NCBI GenBank assembly: GCA_038231135.1 | Contig: JBBRLX010000017.1 | Location: forward strand, 17,151 to 81,150 | Length of the DNA stretch: 64,000 nt | Reading direction: 5' to 3' | Source: Candidatus Eiseniibacteriota bacterium | Lineage (GTDB): Bacteria; Eisenbacteria; RBG-16-71-46 | Shown: positions 1 through 9,051 of the stretch, in pieces | How positions within the stretch are numbered: the stretch's first letter is position 1 | How the letters are laid out: the number at the start of each line of letters is the position of its first letter | The notes under the pieces: model-generated | Told to the model about the DNA's origin: nothing | The model's input: only the letters and a program-made list of their open reading frames with translations | The model's database searches: none | Position numbers and translations under genes: made by a program

Positions 1-711
1 GAGCGCACGCAGTGCGCCGGCGCCGGTGGTGTCGTGAGCCGGGAACACGGTGATCGCCCGCACGTACGACGAGATCGCCCGGTCGAGATCACCCTTCTTC
101 GCGTAGCTCTCGCCGACGTAGCGCAGCACGGACTGGCTGTCGGCGCTCACGGGCAGGATCATGTTGAAGATCGCGATCGCGCTGTCGGGGTTGCCGAACT
201 TCATCTGCACGAAGCCCAGGGCCTTGAACACGAACGCGCCGACCGGCGTGCCGGGATTGGGATCGGGACCCAGCTCGCGCATCCCGCGGCGGGCGTAGGC
301 CAGCGACTTCTTGGGGTCGCCACCGCGGTCTGCCATCACCTGGGCGACCGAGGCGAAGAACGGGGCGCGCTGCTCGGGCTGCGGGCCGAGGTACGGCACG
401 ATGCTGTCGGCGGCGAGCGACACGGCGCGCATGGAGGCGTGGCTGTTGATCAGCGCCCGTAGCAGCATCTGGCGCATCATGCTCGTGTACGACGAATCGG
501 GCGCGGTCACGATCATCGAGCGGAGATTCGGGATCATGCGGGCGGCGGTGGCGGTGTCGGACACGGCCTGGTTCATCTGCATCAGGTCGTCGCGGCTCAT
601 TTCGGCCCTGGCGCGCGGCGCCAGCGTCGCGAGTGCCGCGACGGCGAGCGTTGCAGCCAGCACAGGGCGAATGAGCGGACGGCGGAATCGAGGGGTCGCG
701 AGTGCGGACAT
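1..711 (-). CDS. Secreted TPR-containing protein (3'-partial, runs off the window edge)
   Basis: Open frame from ATG at 711 with GGAGA upstream. Signal-peptide-like N-terminus (MSALATPRFRRPLIRPVLAATLAVAALATLAPRARA) and TPR-like helices (KALGFVQMKFGNPDSAIAIF; YVGESYAKKGDLDRAISSYVRAI). Absent from the ORF track because no stop lies in the window. Confidence 0.75.
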   Translation of the reverse strand, partial: MSALATPRFRRPLIRPVLAATLAVAALATLAPRARAEMSRDDLMQMNQAVSDTATAARMIPNLRSMIVTAPDSSYTSMMRQMLLRALINSHASMRAVSLAADSIVPYLGPQPEQRAPFFASVAQVMADRGGDPKKSLAYARRGMRELGPDPNPGTPVGAFVFKALGFVQMKFGNPDSAIAIFNMILPVSADSQSVLRYVGESYAKKGDLDRAISSYVRAITVFPAHDTTGAGALRAL

Positions 712-844
712 GGGCTCTCCGGAATGGGTCGGGGCGCTGGCGCGAGGAGGTGCGCGGGCCCAGCATACATTGTAGTCGAACGCGGCGCCGCGCGGTCGAA
801 TATCGCCGGGACGCGGCGGGCCCCAGCGAGCCGCCCCGTGCCGG

Positions 845-2209
845 CTAGCGCCGCGCGGGCCGCCTCGGCGAGGCGCCGAAATCGAATGGGCCCGTGAGCG
901 GCGCCGCGTGCGCGTCCCGGGTGCTGAGGGGAAGCAGGCCCCAGCGCTTCTCGATGAGCGCCAGGATCGACGTGGTGTCGTAGGTGGTGTGGTCGATGTA
1001 ATGGCGCCGGGCGAACGGCGCGATCACGATCGTCGGCACCCGCGAGCCCGGACCCCAGCGATCCACGATGGGCGGGGCGATGTGGTCCCAGAACCCGCCG
1101 TTCTCGTCGTACGTCACCACGATCGCCGTGCTGCGCCACTCGGGCCCGGCCTGAATCGTACGGATGAGCTGAGCGACGTGCCGCTCGCCGGTGAGCACAT
1201 CGGCGTAGCCGGGATGCTCGTTGTTCTCGCCCAGCGGCTTCACGAACGCCACGGCCGGGAGCCGTCCGTCGTGCGCGGCCCGCACGAACTCCGTCTCGTC
1301 CTTCAGATGTTCGCGGCGTGCCGCGGTGCCGTCGCCGTAGCGGCGGAAGTATGCGAACGGGTTGTGGTGGAACTGGAACGTTTTGGCGGGATGCCCTGCC
1401 AGCGCGTCGTCCCAGCCCCCGGAGTACCAGGCCCACGACACACCCTTCCCGCTCAGGCGGTCGCCAATGTTCGGCAGATCGATCGGCGGGATGCGAATGG
1501 AATCGGGTGTGGACGCCGGATGCGGCGTGTAGATGCTATACGAGGTGTTCACCACATAGTCGTCCGGGGTCACGAAGCCGGCGTGCACGACGTGTCCGTG
1601 CGCGTCATAGCGGATCCGGACCGACTCGGGCGCATGGGGGAATTGCGGGGACGCGGCCGCGACCAGCCACATGTGACTCAGCAGCGAGCCTCCGATGGCG
1701 GCGTGGAAGAACCGGTCGCACAGGGTGTACTCCGAGGCGAACGCGGCGAGCGGCAGCTTCATGGTGTGGTAGTAGCCGAGCGCCAGCGCCTTCTGCTGGT
1801 TGATGCACACGAAGCGGTCCATCCGTCCGCCGTCGAGCTCCTCGCGCTCGTCGTCGTACGCGTGCGACAAGTCCTCGGTCTTCTCGTCCGCGGGCACGTA
1901 GGGTTCGATCGCGAACGGCCGGTTCGGCAGGCCCGGTGGCACCCGGCTCTTGGACGTGACCGGCAGCGTCGCATACGGCGTCCCCGAGGAATCGACCTGG
2001 AGCAGGATCCTCGCCGTGGCGAATCCATCGGCGCCCGGGAACTCGCCATATAGATTGTCGAAGCTGTGGTTCTCGAGATCGATGACGACGAGGTGCTGGA
2101 ACCGCAGGAGTCCGTGCCCGACCGGCTTCGTCGCGTGGGTGGCGGCCACGGCGACCGGCGCGGTCACGAGGACGAGCCATGTGGTGATCAGGGCGGCGAC
2201 TCGGCGCAT
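845..2209 (-). CDS. Secreted phosphoesterase / acid phosphatase (AcpA/phospholipase C family)
   Basis: Motifs LENHSFDNLYG, CDRFFH, NEHPGY, TYDENGGFWDH, GPGSRVP and YDTTSIL; signal peptide from MRRVAAL. Confidence 0.9.
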   Translation of the reverse strand: MRRVAALITTWLVLVTAPVAVAATHATKPVGHGLLRFQHLVVIDLENHSFDNLYGEFPGADGFATARILLQVDSSGTPYATLPVTSKSRVPPGLPNRPFAIEPYVPADEKTEDLSHAYDDEREELDGGRMDRFVCINQQKALALGYYHTMKLPLAAFASEYTLCDRFFHAAIGGSLLSHMWLVAAASPQFPHAPESVRIRYDAHGHVVHAGFVTPDDYVVNTSYSIYTPHPASTPDSIRIPPIDLPNIGDRLSGKGVSWAWYSGGWDDALAGHPAKTFQFHHNPFAYFRRYGDGTAARREHLKDETEFVRAAHDGRLPAVAFVKPLGENNEHPGYADVLTGERHVAQLIRTIQAGPEWRSTAIVVTYDENGGFWDHIAPPIVDRWGPGSRVPTIVIAPFARRHYIDHTTYDTTSILALIEKRWGLLPLSTRDAHAAPLTGPFDFGASPRRPARR

Positions 2210-2317
2210 GGGGAGTGTGCGGGCCTCGGGACGGGATTGGAATGCGCGGCGGCCCCAGTCTGCCACCCGGGGCGCTCCGGGTCCACGCGTTCCCGCATCA
2301 CTCGCGGAGCCGCATGC

Positions 2318-3493
2318 TCAGGTCGTGATGTTCGTGAGGCCGCCCGCAGGCGTGACGCGGACGATCAGCGGCAGCGCGCCGCGCATCCACCCGATCCACG
2401 CCAGCGTCCACACCACGCCGCTCACGCCGAGCAACTCCATGCGGGGCGCGGGCGGGTACTCCGCCCACGCCCGCGCGAGCGCCGCGAGCAGCACCGCCGC
2501 GACCTGCCAGGCCGGCAGCAACCGGCGCTCGAGTATGATCGGATGACGCCCGTGCGACACCACGACGCGCGTCGCGATGCCCATGGTCAGGAGACCGAAG
2601 CCGCCGATGAACATGACGTGATGACCCGCGATCGCGTGACGCGGCGCGAGTGCCGCGAGCCACAGGCCGGCGAGCACGCAGCCGCCGGCGATGCGCAGCG
2701 CCACCGAGAACGTGTCGTTGCGGGCCGACGGCGCGGGCAGCTTCCAGACCCACAGCAGCACGATCGTCGCCACGCCGGCGCGCATCGCCGCGCCCGCGGC
2801 CGCATGGCCTGAGGCCTCGAGCCCGAACGCCGCGACCAGCAGCAGCGCCATGACGAGATACAGCGTGCGCCGGCCGCCGCGCTCGTGAGCCCGGGCGAGC
2901 CCGGGAATCGCGAGCGGGTCCGCGATCCCCGCGAACGCCGGCACCAGCAGCGCGCCCAGGCCGAGCACGAGCGACAGCATCATGCCGAGCGACACCAGCC
3001 GCTGCGCAAAGTATGGCGTGGGCTCCAATACGGTCCCCGCGAGCAGCAGCGCGTTCCAGATCGTGCCCGCGATGCCGAGCGCGAGGCCGAGCCCGACGAA
3101 CATGAATTCCTCGGGCGGCAGCACACGCTTCGCGATCACGCGCCGCACCAGCGCGAGCCCGGCCCACGCCATGGCGGCGGCTCCGCACGCCGCCGCGGCG
3201 ACGAACGCGCCCGCGGCGGCGCTCACGCCGAGCGCGAGCATCAGCACCGCGGCCGTGACCAACTCGAACGGCCGGGCCTTGGGGCCATGCGTGAAGCCCG
3301 GCATCGCGGTGAACAGGAAGCCGAGCACGAACGACAACTCGAAGCCCTGCATCATTAGCGCGCGGTGGGTCGGTCCGGGGTAGGGCAGCCATCCCGCCAG
3401 GGTGAGCGGCCATACCAGCGCGCCCCACAGCGCGAACGCCACGCCGAACGGGAACAGGATGCGATAGGGATCGGGCCAGCCGGTCATGCGCAA
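2318..3493 (-). CDS. nnrS: NnrS family membrane protein
   Basis: Polytopic hydrophobic protein with PYRILFP, H..MM.GF, GFLFTAMP and TRVVVSHG motifs typical of NnrS. Confidence 0.8.
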   Translation of the reverse strand: MRMTGWPDPYRILFPFGVAFALWGALVWPLTLAGWLPYPGPTHRALMMQGFELSFVLGFLFTAMPGFTHGPKARPFELVTAAVLMLALGVSAAAGAFVAAAACGAAAMAWAGLALVRRVIAKRVLPPEEFMFVGLGLALGIAGTIWNALLLAGTVLEPTPYFAQRLVSLGMMLSLVLGLGALLVPAFAGIADPLAIPGLARAHERGGRRTLYLVMALLLVAAFGLEASGHAAAGAAMRAGVATIVLLWVWKLPAPSARNDTFSVALRIAGGCVLAGLWLAALAPRHAIAGHHVMFIGGFGLLTMGIATRVVVSHGRHPIILERRLLPAWQVAAVLLAALARAWAEYPPAPRMELLGVSGVVWTLAWIGWMRGALPLIVRVTPAGGLTNITT

Positions 3494-3560
3494 CCTCGGT
3501 TCGCTTAGTCCAACCTGCGCGGCGGCCTCGGTTTGAGGCCGCTGATCGTGCTCAGACTAG

Positions 3561-3950
3561 GAGAGCAGGTTCCATCCGTCGAACCCGCCGCACGTGACCC
3601 GCATCGTCCCACGCTCTGCGACCGATGCCGCCGGCGCGAACGTGCTGGGCACCCTGGGCGCCGACGACGACAGCTATCCCGACTTCCCGACCCGCCGCGA
3701 CTTCGCGCACATCGAGTATCCCGCGCCGCCGCTGCGGTCGGGGGCAGCGCGCACGATTTTCGCCGAGACCCGCGGCTGGTACGAAGTCCACATGCACCGC
3801 ACCGGGCCCCCCGACCTCGCCGCCATCGCGCGGCTCACGAACGAGCCCGGGTTCGTCGTCCGTCGCGGGCTGCACGACTACGCCCGGTTCCGCCGCACCG
3901 GGCAACTCGCGGGAGTGGAGGCCGACACCAGCGGGGCCGGCATGCGCTGA
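3561..3950 (+). pseudogene. Probable 3' remnant of a larger hypothetical gene
   Basis: Coding-like codon usage from an upstream TAG (3558-3560) to TGA at 3950, with no convincing start or RBS. Reads like the C-terminal part of a protein. Confidence 0.4.
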
Positions 3951-4080
3951 GCGCGAGCGGCCGGGATCGCCGCGTCGCATGGACGAGGCTTGCCGCGCGG
4001 CAGGCGTCCCGGGTACGGTAGCGCCATGTGATTCGCCGGGCAGGGGTCAACCCCCGGCGAACCCGAAAATGCAGTGTTGC

Positions 4081-4171
4081 GGAGAGGTGTCCGAGTGGTT
4101 GAAGGAGCACGATTGGAAATCGTGTAGGCGCTCATACCGTCTCGTGGGTTCGAATCCCACTCTCTCCGCCA
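4081..4171 (+). tRNA. tRNA-Ser(GGA)
   Basis: GGAGAGG/TCTCTCC acceptor stem, CACGA-TTGGAAA-TCGTG anticodon arm, long variable arm, GGTTCGAATCC T-loop, encoded CCA. Confidence 0.97.
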
Positions 4172-4223
4172 TCTCCTTGAGTGACCTGGCCTCCGCGACC
4201 GGCGCCGGTGCGCGATCCCGGCG

Positions 4224-4943
4224 TCAGGCGGCCCGCGGCTCCCCGCGGTCGGCCTGGAGCGCAAGGTGCGCCAGCATTCCCGAGTTCACGTCGATGAACG
4301 CGTGCGCGGCCATCGGCAGCCACAGGGAATGGGTGAGGGCATAGAGGCCCGCCATCGCGAGGCCGGCAACCCCGGCCTTCACGGCGCTCACGCGATCGAG
4401 ATAGCCGTGGGCGATGCCGAACACCGCCGACGACGCGAACACCGCGCCCGGGAACCCGATGAACGCGGCCAGCCACGTCATGAGGAAGCCGCGGTAGAGA
4501 ATCTCCTCGCACACGCCGGCGGTGACCGACAGCGCGACGAAGCCGCGCAATTCCTCGGACGTGTGCGGCAGCAGCGGAATCGCCGGCGCGAGCGTCGCCC
4601 GCACGCGGCCGAGCGCGGCGCGGTTCGCGGCGAGCGCCCGGTGCTGCACGACGAGGAACCCCGTGAGCGCCGCCACGAGCGCCGCTCCGATCCAGAATCC
4701 GGCACCCGCCGGCGCCGACAGGCCGATCCCGGCCGCTGGCCGTCCCGGGCGGAGCCACGTGACCACGGCGAGCGTCGCGAGCGTCCATTGGATCGCGATC
4801 GCCTGCGCGTAGGCGCGCATGCGGACTCCCGGCGCTCCCGATGCCAGCCGCCGCTTGAAACGCGGATACCCGACGAACGCCTCGTACGACGGCCACATTA
4901 CGGCGAACAGCGCGACGAGCACGTGATCCATCGGCAACGGCAT
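4224..4943 (-). CDS. CPBP (CAAX/Abi) family intramembrane metalloprotease
   Basis: AGVCEEILYRG, FGIAH and H...D motifs; multiple TM segments. Confidence 0.92.
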   Translation of the reverse strand: MPLPMDHVLVALFAVMWPSYEAFVGYPRFKRRLASGAPGVRMRAYAQAIAIQWTLATLAVVTWLRPGRPAAGIGLSAPAGAGFWIGAALVAALTGFLVVQHRALAANRAALGRVRATLAPAIPLLPHTSEELRGFVALSVTAGVCEEILYRGFLMTWLAAFIGFPGAVFASSAVFGIAHGYLDRVSAVKAGVAGLAMAGLYALTHSLWLPMAAHAFIDVNSGMLAHLALQADRGEPRAA

Positions 4944-4983
4944 GACGACACCTCCGGAACTGGCAGCTGCAGCAGGCTTCGGT

Positions 4984-5013
4984 TCGATTGTTCAACTAAA
5001 CTTGAATAATCGA
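4984..5013. promoter_or_regulatory. Inverted-repeat operator candidate between divergent CPBP and ArsR-like genes
   Basis: TCGATTGTTCAA-CTAAAC-TTGAATAATCGA: 12-bp arms with one mismatch, AT-rich in a GC-rich background. Confidence 0.7.
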
Positions 5014-5051
5014 GAATTGTCCAATGGTTTTTTCGCGGCTATGGTGGGGCG

Positions 5052-5792
5052 ATGACCCCGCCCCGCATGACCCGGCCCCGAGCGACCGCCACCCGCCGCC
5101 CGCGACGCGGCGCCTCGCCGGCGGCCCCGCTGCCGCGCGCGGCGCGCCGGCTCCGCGCGGCCGCTGCCCCGCCCGGCACCTACACGCTCGAGCGCCTCGA
5201 CCAGGTGCGGGTGCTCGCGCATCCGCTGCGGCTCCGGCTGCTCGAATTTTTCGCCGCCGAGCCACACACCACGAAGCAGGCGGCGGAGGCGCTGGGGGAG
5301 AACCCGACGCGGCTCTACCACCACGTGAACGCGCTCGCGCGCGTGGGGCTGGTGGCGCTGCGCAGCACGCGCAAGAACCGCGGCACCACCGAGAAGTACT
5401 ATGGCGCGGTGGCGCGGCGGGTCGCGGTGGGCAGCGGCGTGTTCGGCGCGGCCGCCGCGGCCGCTCCGGGGCTCGAGCCGCCGATGGTCACGACACTGCT
5501 CGACACGCTGCGCAGCGAGCTCGCTGCGGCGGCCCGGTGCGAGCCGGCCGGGTCCGACTCGAACCGCGCGACGCTGATGCGGGTCGTCCTCGAAGGGGAT
5601 GCGGCGAAGCTCCGGTCGCTCCGGCGCCGGCTGCTCGAATACGTCGAGGCGCTGGCGCGGGACTGCCGCGAGGATGCGGCGGGCGCTGGCCGGGCGGGAG
5701 GGTCGGCTGCCCCGCGCGAACGCTGGACGATGACGCTGGCCGTCGTTCCGGCCCCGTCGCCGTCCGGTCCGGCCCGGCCGCGACGCCGATGA
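5052..5792 (+). CDS. ArsR/winged-HTH transcriptional regulator
   Basis: LAHPLRLRLL...LYHHVNALARVGLV...RGTTEKYY pattern. Confidence 0.85.
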   Translation: MTPPRMTRPRATATRRPRRGASPAAPLPRAARRLRAAAAPPGTYTLERLDQVRVLAHPLRLRLLEFFAAEPHTTKQAAEALGENPTRLYHHVNALARVGLVALRSTRKNRGTTEKYYGAVARRVAVGSGVFGAAAAAAPGLEPPMVTTLLDTLRSELAAAARCEPAGSDSNRATLMRVVLEGDAAKLRSLRRRLLEYVEALARDCREDAAGAGRAGGSAAPRERWTMTLAVVPAPSPSGPARPRRR

Positions 5793-5818
5793 GCGCGAGC
5801 GACTGCGCTGGCATGCGC

Positions 5819-5846
5819 TTGACCGCCCGGCCGCCCCTGATAATAT
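5819..5846 (+). promoter_or_regulatory. sigma70-type promoter for tRNA-Ala/ffs/dnaX
   Basis: TTGACC-16 nt-TAATAT with extended -10 TG. Confidence 0.7.
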
Positions 5847-5905
5847 ACGCGTCCGGTTGGCGTGCCGGTGCCCATGGGTGCCGCGTGCCAGCCCTGAATT
5901 TTCGT

Positions 5906-5981
5906 GGGGATGTAGCTCAGCTGGGAGAGCACCTCGTTCGCAACGAGGGGGTCGGCGGTTCGAGCCCGCTCATCTCCACCA
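5906..5981 (+). tRNA. tRNA-Ala(CGC)
   Basis: 76-nt cloverleaf, CCTCG-TTCGCAA-CGAGG anticodon arm, G3:U70 Ala identity pair, CCA. Confidence 0.97.
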
Positions 5982-5987
5982 TAGATT

Positions 5988-6086
5988 GGGCCAGGCGCAG
6001 CGCAACCCGAACTTGTGAACCCCGTCAGGACCGGAAGGTAGCAGCGGTAAGCAATCCCTCGGGTGTGCCGCTGTTCACCCTGGCCC
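5988..6086 (+). ncRNA. ffs: Signal recognition particle RNA (small 4.5S type)
   Basis: Conserved core GTCAGGACCGGAAGGTAGCAGC inside a hairpin closed by GGGCCAGG/CCTGGCCC; upstream of dnaX as in many bacteria. Confidence 0.95.
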
Positions 6087-6096
6087 ATTGAGTCCC

Positions 6097-8097
6097 ATGG
6101 CCCATCGCGCACTGACGCTCAAATACCGGCCCCAGGTCTTCACGGACATGGTGGGCCAGGACCATGTGAGCACGGTGCTGATGCGCGCGCTCGAGGGCGG
6201 GCGCGTCGCCCATGCCTACCTGTTCACGGGCGCGCGGGGCGTGGGCAAGACGACGAGCGCCCGCATCCTCGCCAAGGCGCTCAACTGCCAGCGCCGCGCG
6301 GCGGGCGTCCAGAAGAGCGCCGATCCCTGCAACGCGTGCACCGCCTGCCTCGAGATCACGGCCGGCGTGTCGCTCGACGTGGTCGAGATCGATGGCGCCT
6401 CGAATCGCGGCATCGCCGACGTGCAGGCGCTGCGCGAGAAGGTGCGGTTCACGCCCACCAGCGGCAGGTACCGCGTGGTGATCATCGACGAGGTGCACCA
6501 GCTCTCGAACGACGCGTTCGCCGCGCTGCTCAAGACACTGGAAGAGCCGCCGCCGCACCTGGTGTTCATCTTCGCCACCACCGATCCGCAGAAGCTGCCG
6601 GAGACGATCCGCTCGCGCTGCCAGCGGTTCGACTTCGCGCGCGTGCCATTGCGCAAGGTGGCGGACCGGCTGTTCGAGATCCAGAAGCGCGAGGCCCAGG
6701 ACACGGAGGGCGTGAAGTTCTCGCTCACCGAGGGCGCGGCGTTCCTGATCGCGCACAAGTCCGAAGGCTCGATGCGCGACGCGGTGAGCGCGCTCGACCA
6801 GGTGATCTCGGCGGGCGAGCACGACGTCACCGACGAGCTGGTGCGCCGCGTGCTCGGCATTCCCGACCGCGAGTCGTTCTTCCGGGTGGCGCAGGCGATC
6901 GTCGAGCGCGATCCGCAGGCGGTGCTACGGCACCTGCACCAGGCGTTCGATCGCGGGCTCGATCCGCGCGAGCTGGCGGAGGGGCTGTCGGAGCACATCC
7001 GCCACATTCTCGTGCTCAAGGTGGACCCGCAGGGCGTCGAGCTCGTGGCCGCCAGCGGCGAGGAGCTCGAGCGGCTGCGCGCGCAGGGCGACGGCTGGAG
7101 CGAGCCCGATCTGCTGCGGCTGCTCAAGATCATCTCCGAGGTGCCGTGGGTGATGCGCGACAGCCCGCAGCCGCTCGTCCATCTCGAGGCGGCGGTGCTG
7201 CAGATGGCGACGCTCGAGACCGGCGACACGCTCGCGAACCTGCTTGAGCGGCTGGAATCGCTGGAGCAGCGGCTGGGCGGCGCCCCGGCGACGCCGCGTC
7301 CGGCGGGTGCGGGGCCCGCGTCGCGTCCGGGGCCAGGCTCCGGCTCCAGTTCGCGCAGCGCGGCGACGGACGCGCCGTCCGGTTCGCGCGCGACGCCCGA
7401 CGCCGTCGCGGATGCGCCGGGCGCAGCCCAGCGGTTTCCTGGCTACCGCCCGCAGGGCGGCGGCGCCGCGCCGAGCGCCAGCGTCGGGACGCCCGCGCCG
7501 CGTGTGACGCCGGCTGTCGTCGAGGCTCCGGTCGCCACCGCCGTACCGGTCGCCACCGCCGGACCCGTCGCCACCGCCATTCCCGTCGCCACCGCACCCC
7601 TTGCCGCCACGTCCATGGCCGCAGCTCCCGCCACCGCTGTCGCGATCGCCGAGGCCCCGTTCGACGAGACGAGCGCCAACGAGCCGCTGCCGCGTGACGA
7701 AGCCACCGAACTGCTGTGGCGCGAAGTCGTGAACCGCGTGAACGGACGCAAGCGCATGCTGGGCGCGTTCCTCGAGGAGAGCCGGTTCCGGGGCCGCACG
7801 GAGGCGGGTCTCGAGCTCGAGGCCGACGCGCTCCACGCCAACGTGATCGACGAGAAGGACAACCGCACAGTGCTGGCCGACGAGATCCGCAGCGTGTTCG
7901 GCGGCCCGGTCGCGTTCCGCTGCGTCAAGCCGACCGAGCCGCTGCCGTCGGCCCGGATCCGCACCAACGCCGACGTGCAGCCGATGATCGCGCAGGCCAT
8001 CGCATTCTTCGACGGCGAGGCGGTCGACATGACTCCGCGTCCGGGACCCACCGTGCCTCCGCGCCGCGGCGAGGGCTACAGGAAGGACAAGGCCTAA
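6097..8097 (+). CDS. dnaX: DNA polymerase III subunit gamma/tau
   Basis: KYRPQ, GARGVGKT, EIDGASNRG, IIDEVH, TIRSRCQ. Confidence 0.97.
   Translation: MAHRALTLKYRPQVFTDMVGQDHVSTVLMRALEGGRVAHAYLFTGARGVGKTTSARILAKALNCQRRAAGVQKSADPCNACTACLEITAGVSLDVVEIDGASNRGIADVQALREKVRFTPTSGRYRVVIIDEVHQLSNDAFAALLKTLEEPPPHLVFIFATTDPQKLPETIRSRCQRFDFARVPLRKVADRLFEIQKREAQDTEGVKFSLTEGAAFLIAHKSEGSMRDAVSALDQVISAGEHDVTDELVRRVLGIPDRESFFRVAQAIVERDPQAVLRHLHQAFDRGLDPRELAEGLSEHIRHILVLKVDPQGVELVAASGEELERLRAQGDGWSEPDLLRLLKIISEVPWVMRDSPQPLVHLEAAVLQMATLETGDTLANLLERLESLEQRLGGAPATPRPAGAGPASRPGPGSGSSSRSAATDAPSGSRATPDAVADAPGAAQRFPGYRPQGGGAAPSASVGTPAPRVTPAVVEAPVATAVPVATAGPVATAIPVATAPLAATSMAAAPATAVAIAEAPFDETSANEPLPRDEATELLWREVVNRVNGRKRMLGAFLEESRFRGRTEAGLELEADALHANVIDEKDNRTVLADEIRSVFGGPVAFRCVKPTEPLPSARIRTNADVQPMIAQAIAFFDGEAVDMTPRPGPTVPPRRGEGYRKDKA
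7528..7599 (+). repeat. Four imperfect 18-bp tandem repeats in the dnaX linker (PVATAx)
   Basis: CCSGTCGCCACCGCMNNN units at 7528, 7546, 7564 and 7582. Confidence 0.85.
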
Positions 8098-8101
8098 TTC
8101 C

Positions 8102-8410
8102 ATGATGAAGAGTTTCGGGGACATGGTGAAACATGCCCAGAAGGTTCAGAAGCAGATGTCGGAGCTGCAGGAGCAGCTCAAGGACGAACGGTTCGAGGCC
8201 AGTGCCGGCGGCGGCATGATCACGGCGATCGTCGACGGCAAGCAGATGCTGAAGGAGCTCAAGATCTCCCCCGAGGCGCTCAAGGACGGCGACGTCACGC
8301 TGCTCGAGGACCTGATCCTCACGGCGGTGGGCGAGGCGCAGCGGGCGTCCGAAACGCACATGAACGACGCGCTCGGCAAGCTCACCGGCGGCTTCAAGCT
8401 GCCGTTCTAG
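8102..8410 (+). CDS. ybaB: YbaB/EbfC nucleoid-associated protein
   Basis: SAGGGMI, LLEDLI..A motifs; lies between dnaX and recR. Confidence 0.95.
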   Translation: MMKSFGDMVKHAQKVQKQMSELQEQLKDERFEASAGGGMITAIVDGKQMLKELKISPEALKDGDVTLLEDLILTAVGEAQRASETHMNDALGKLTGGFKLPF

Positions 8411-8426
8411 GCGTCCGGCCCCCGGC

Positions 8427-9026
8427 ATGTACAGCTCGAAGTACCTCGAGCTCCTGATCGAGGAGCTCACGAAGCTGCCCACCATCGGCCAGAAGAGCGC
8501 ACAGCGGCTGGCGCTCCACCTGCTGCGCGCGCCGCGCGAGGACGCGCTGCGGCTCGCCGAGGCGATCCGCGCGATGCGCGAGCACGTCGGGTTCTGCTCG
8601 GTGTGCGGCAACTTCAGCGAGCAGGATCCCTGCCTGATCTGCACCGACAGCCGGCGCGACGGCAGCCTGGTGTGCGTGGTCGAGCAGCCGGGCGACGTGC
8701 TGGCGTTCGAGCGCACCGGGCAGTTTCGCGGACGCTACCACGTGCTCGGGGGCGCGCTGTCGCCGCTCGAGGGCACGCACCCCGACAACCTGCGCATCCG
8801 CGAGCTGCTGCTGCGGCTCCACGGCGGCGAGGTCCGCGAGGTGATCCTCGCCACGAATCCCAACGTGGCGGGCGAGGCGACCGCGCTGTACCTGTCGCGG
8901 CTGCTCCAGCCGCTCGGCATCAAGGTCACGCGCATCGCGCGCGGGGTGCCGATGGGCTCCGATCTCGAATACTCCGATCTCGTGACGCTGGCCCGGGCGC
9001 TCGAAGGCCGCAGCGAGGTGGAGTAG
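8427..9026 (+). CDS. recR: Recombination protein RecR
   Basis: HhH motif (LPTIGQKSAQR), C4 zinc finger, YHVLGG, TRIARGVPMG. Confidence 0.97.
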   Translation: MYSSKYLELLIEELTKLPTIGQKSAQRLALHLLRAPREDALRLAEAIRAMREHVGFCSVCGNFSEQDPCLICTDSRRDGSLVCVVEQPGDVLAFERTGQFRGRYHVLGGALSPLEGTHPDNLRIRELLLRLHGGEVREVILATNPNVAGEATALYLSRLLQPLGIKVTRIARGVPMGSDLEYSDLVTLARALEGRSEVE

Positions 9027-9051
9027 CCGCGCCGCCGGCGACCCCTCCGCC

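Noticed and set aside
7528..7599. Tandem repeats as a CRISPR-like array
   Set aside because: In-frame 18-bp coding repeats without spacers; no cas genes in the window.
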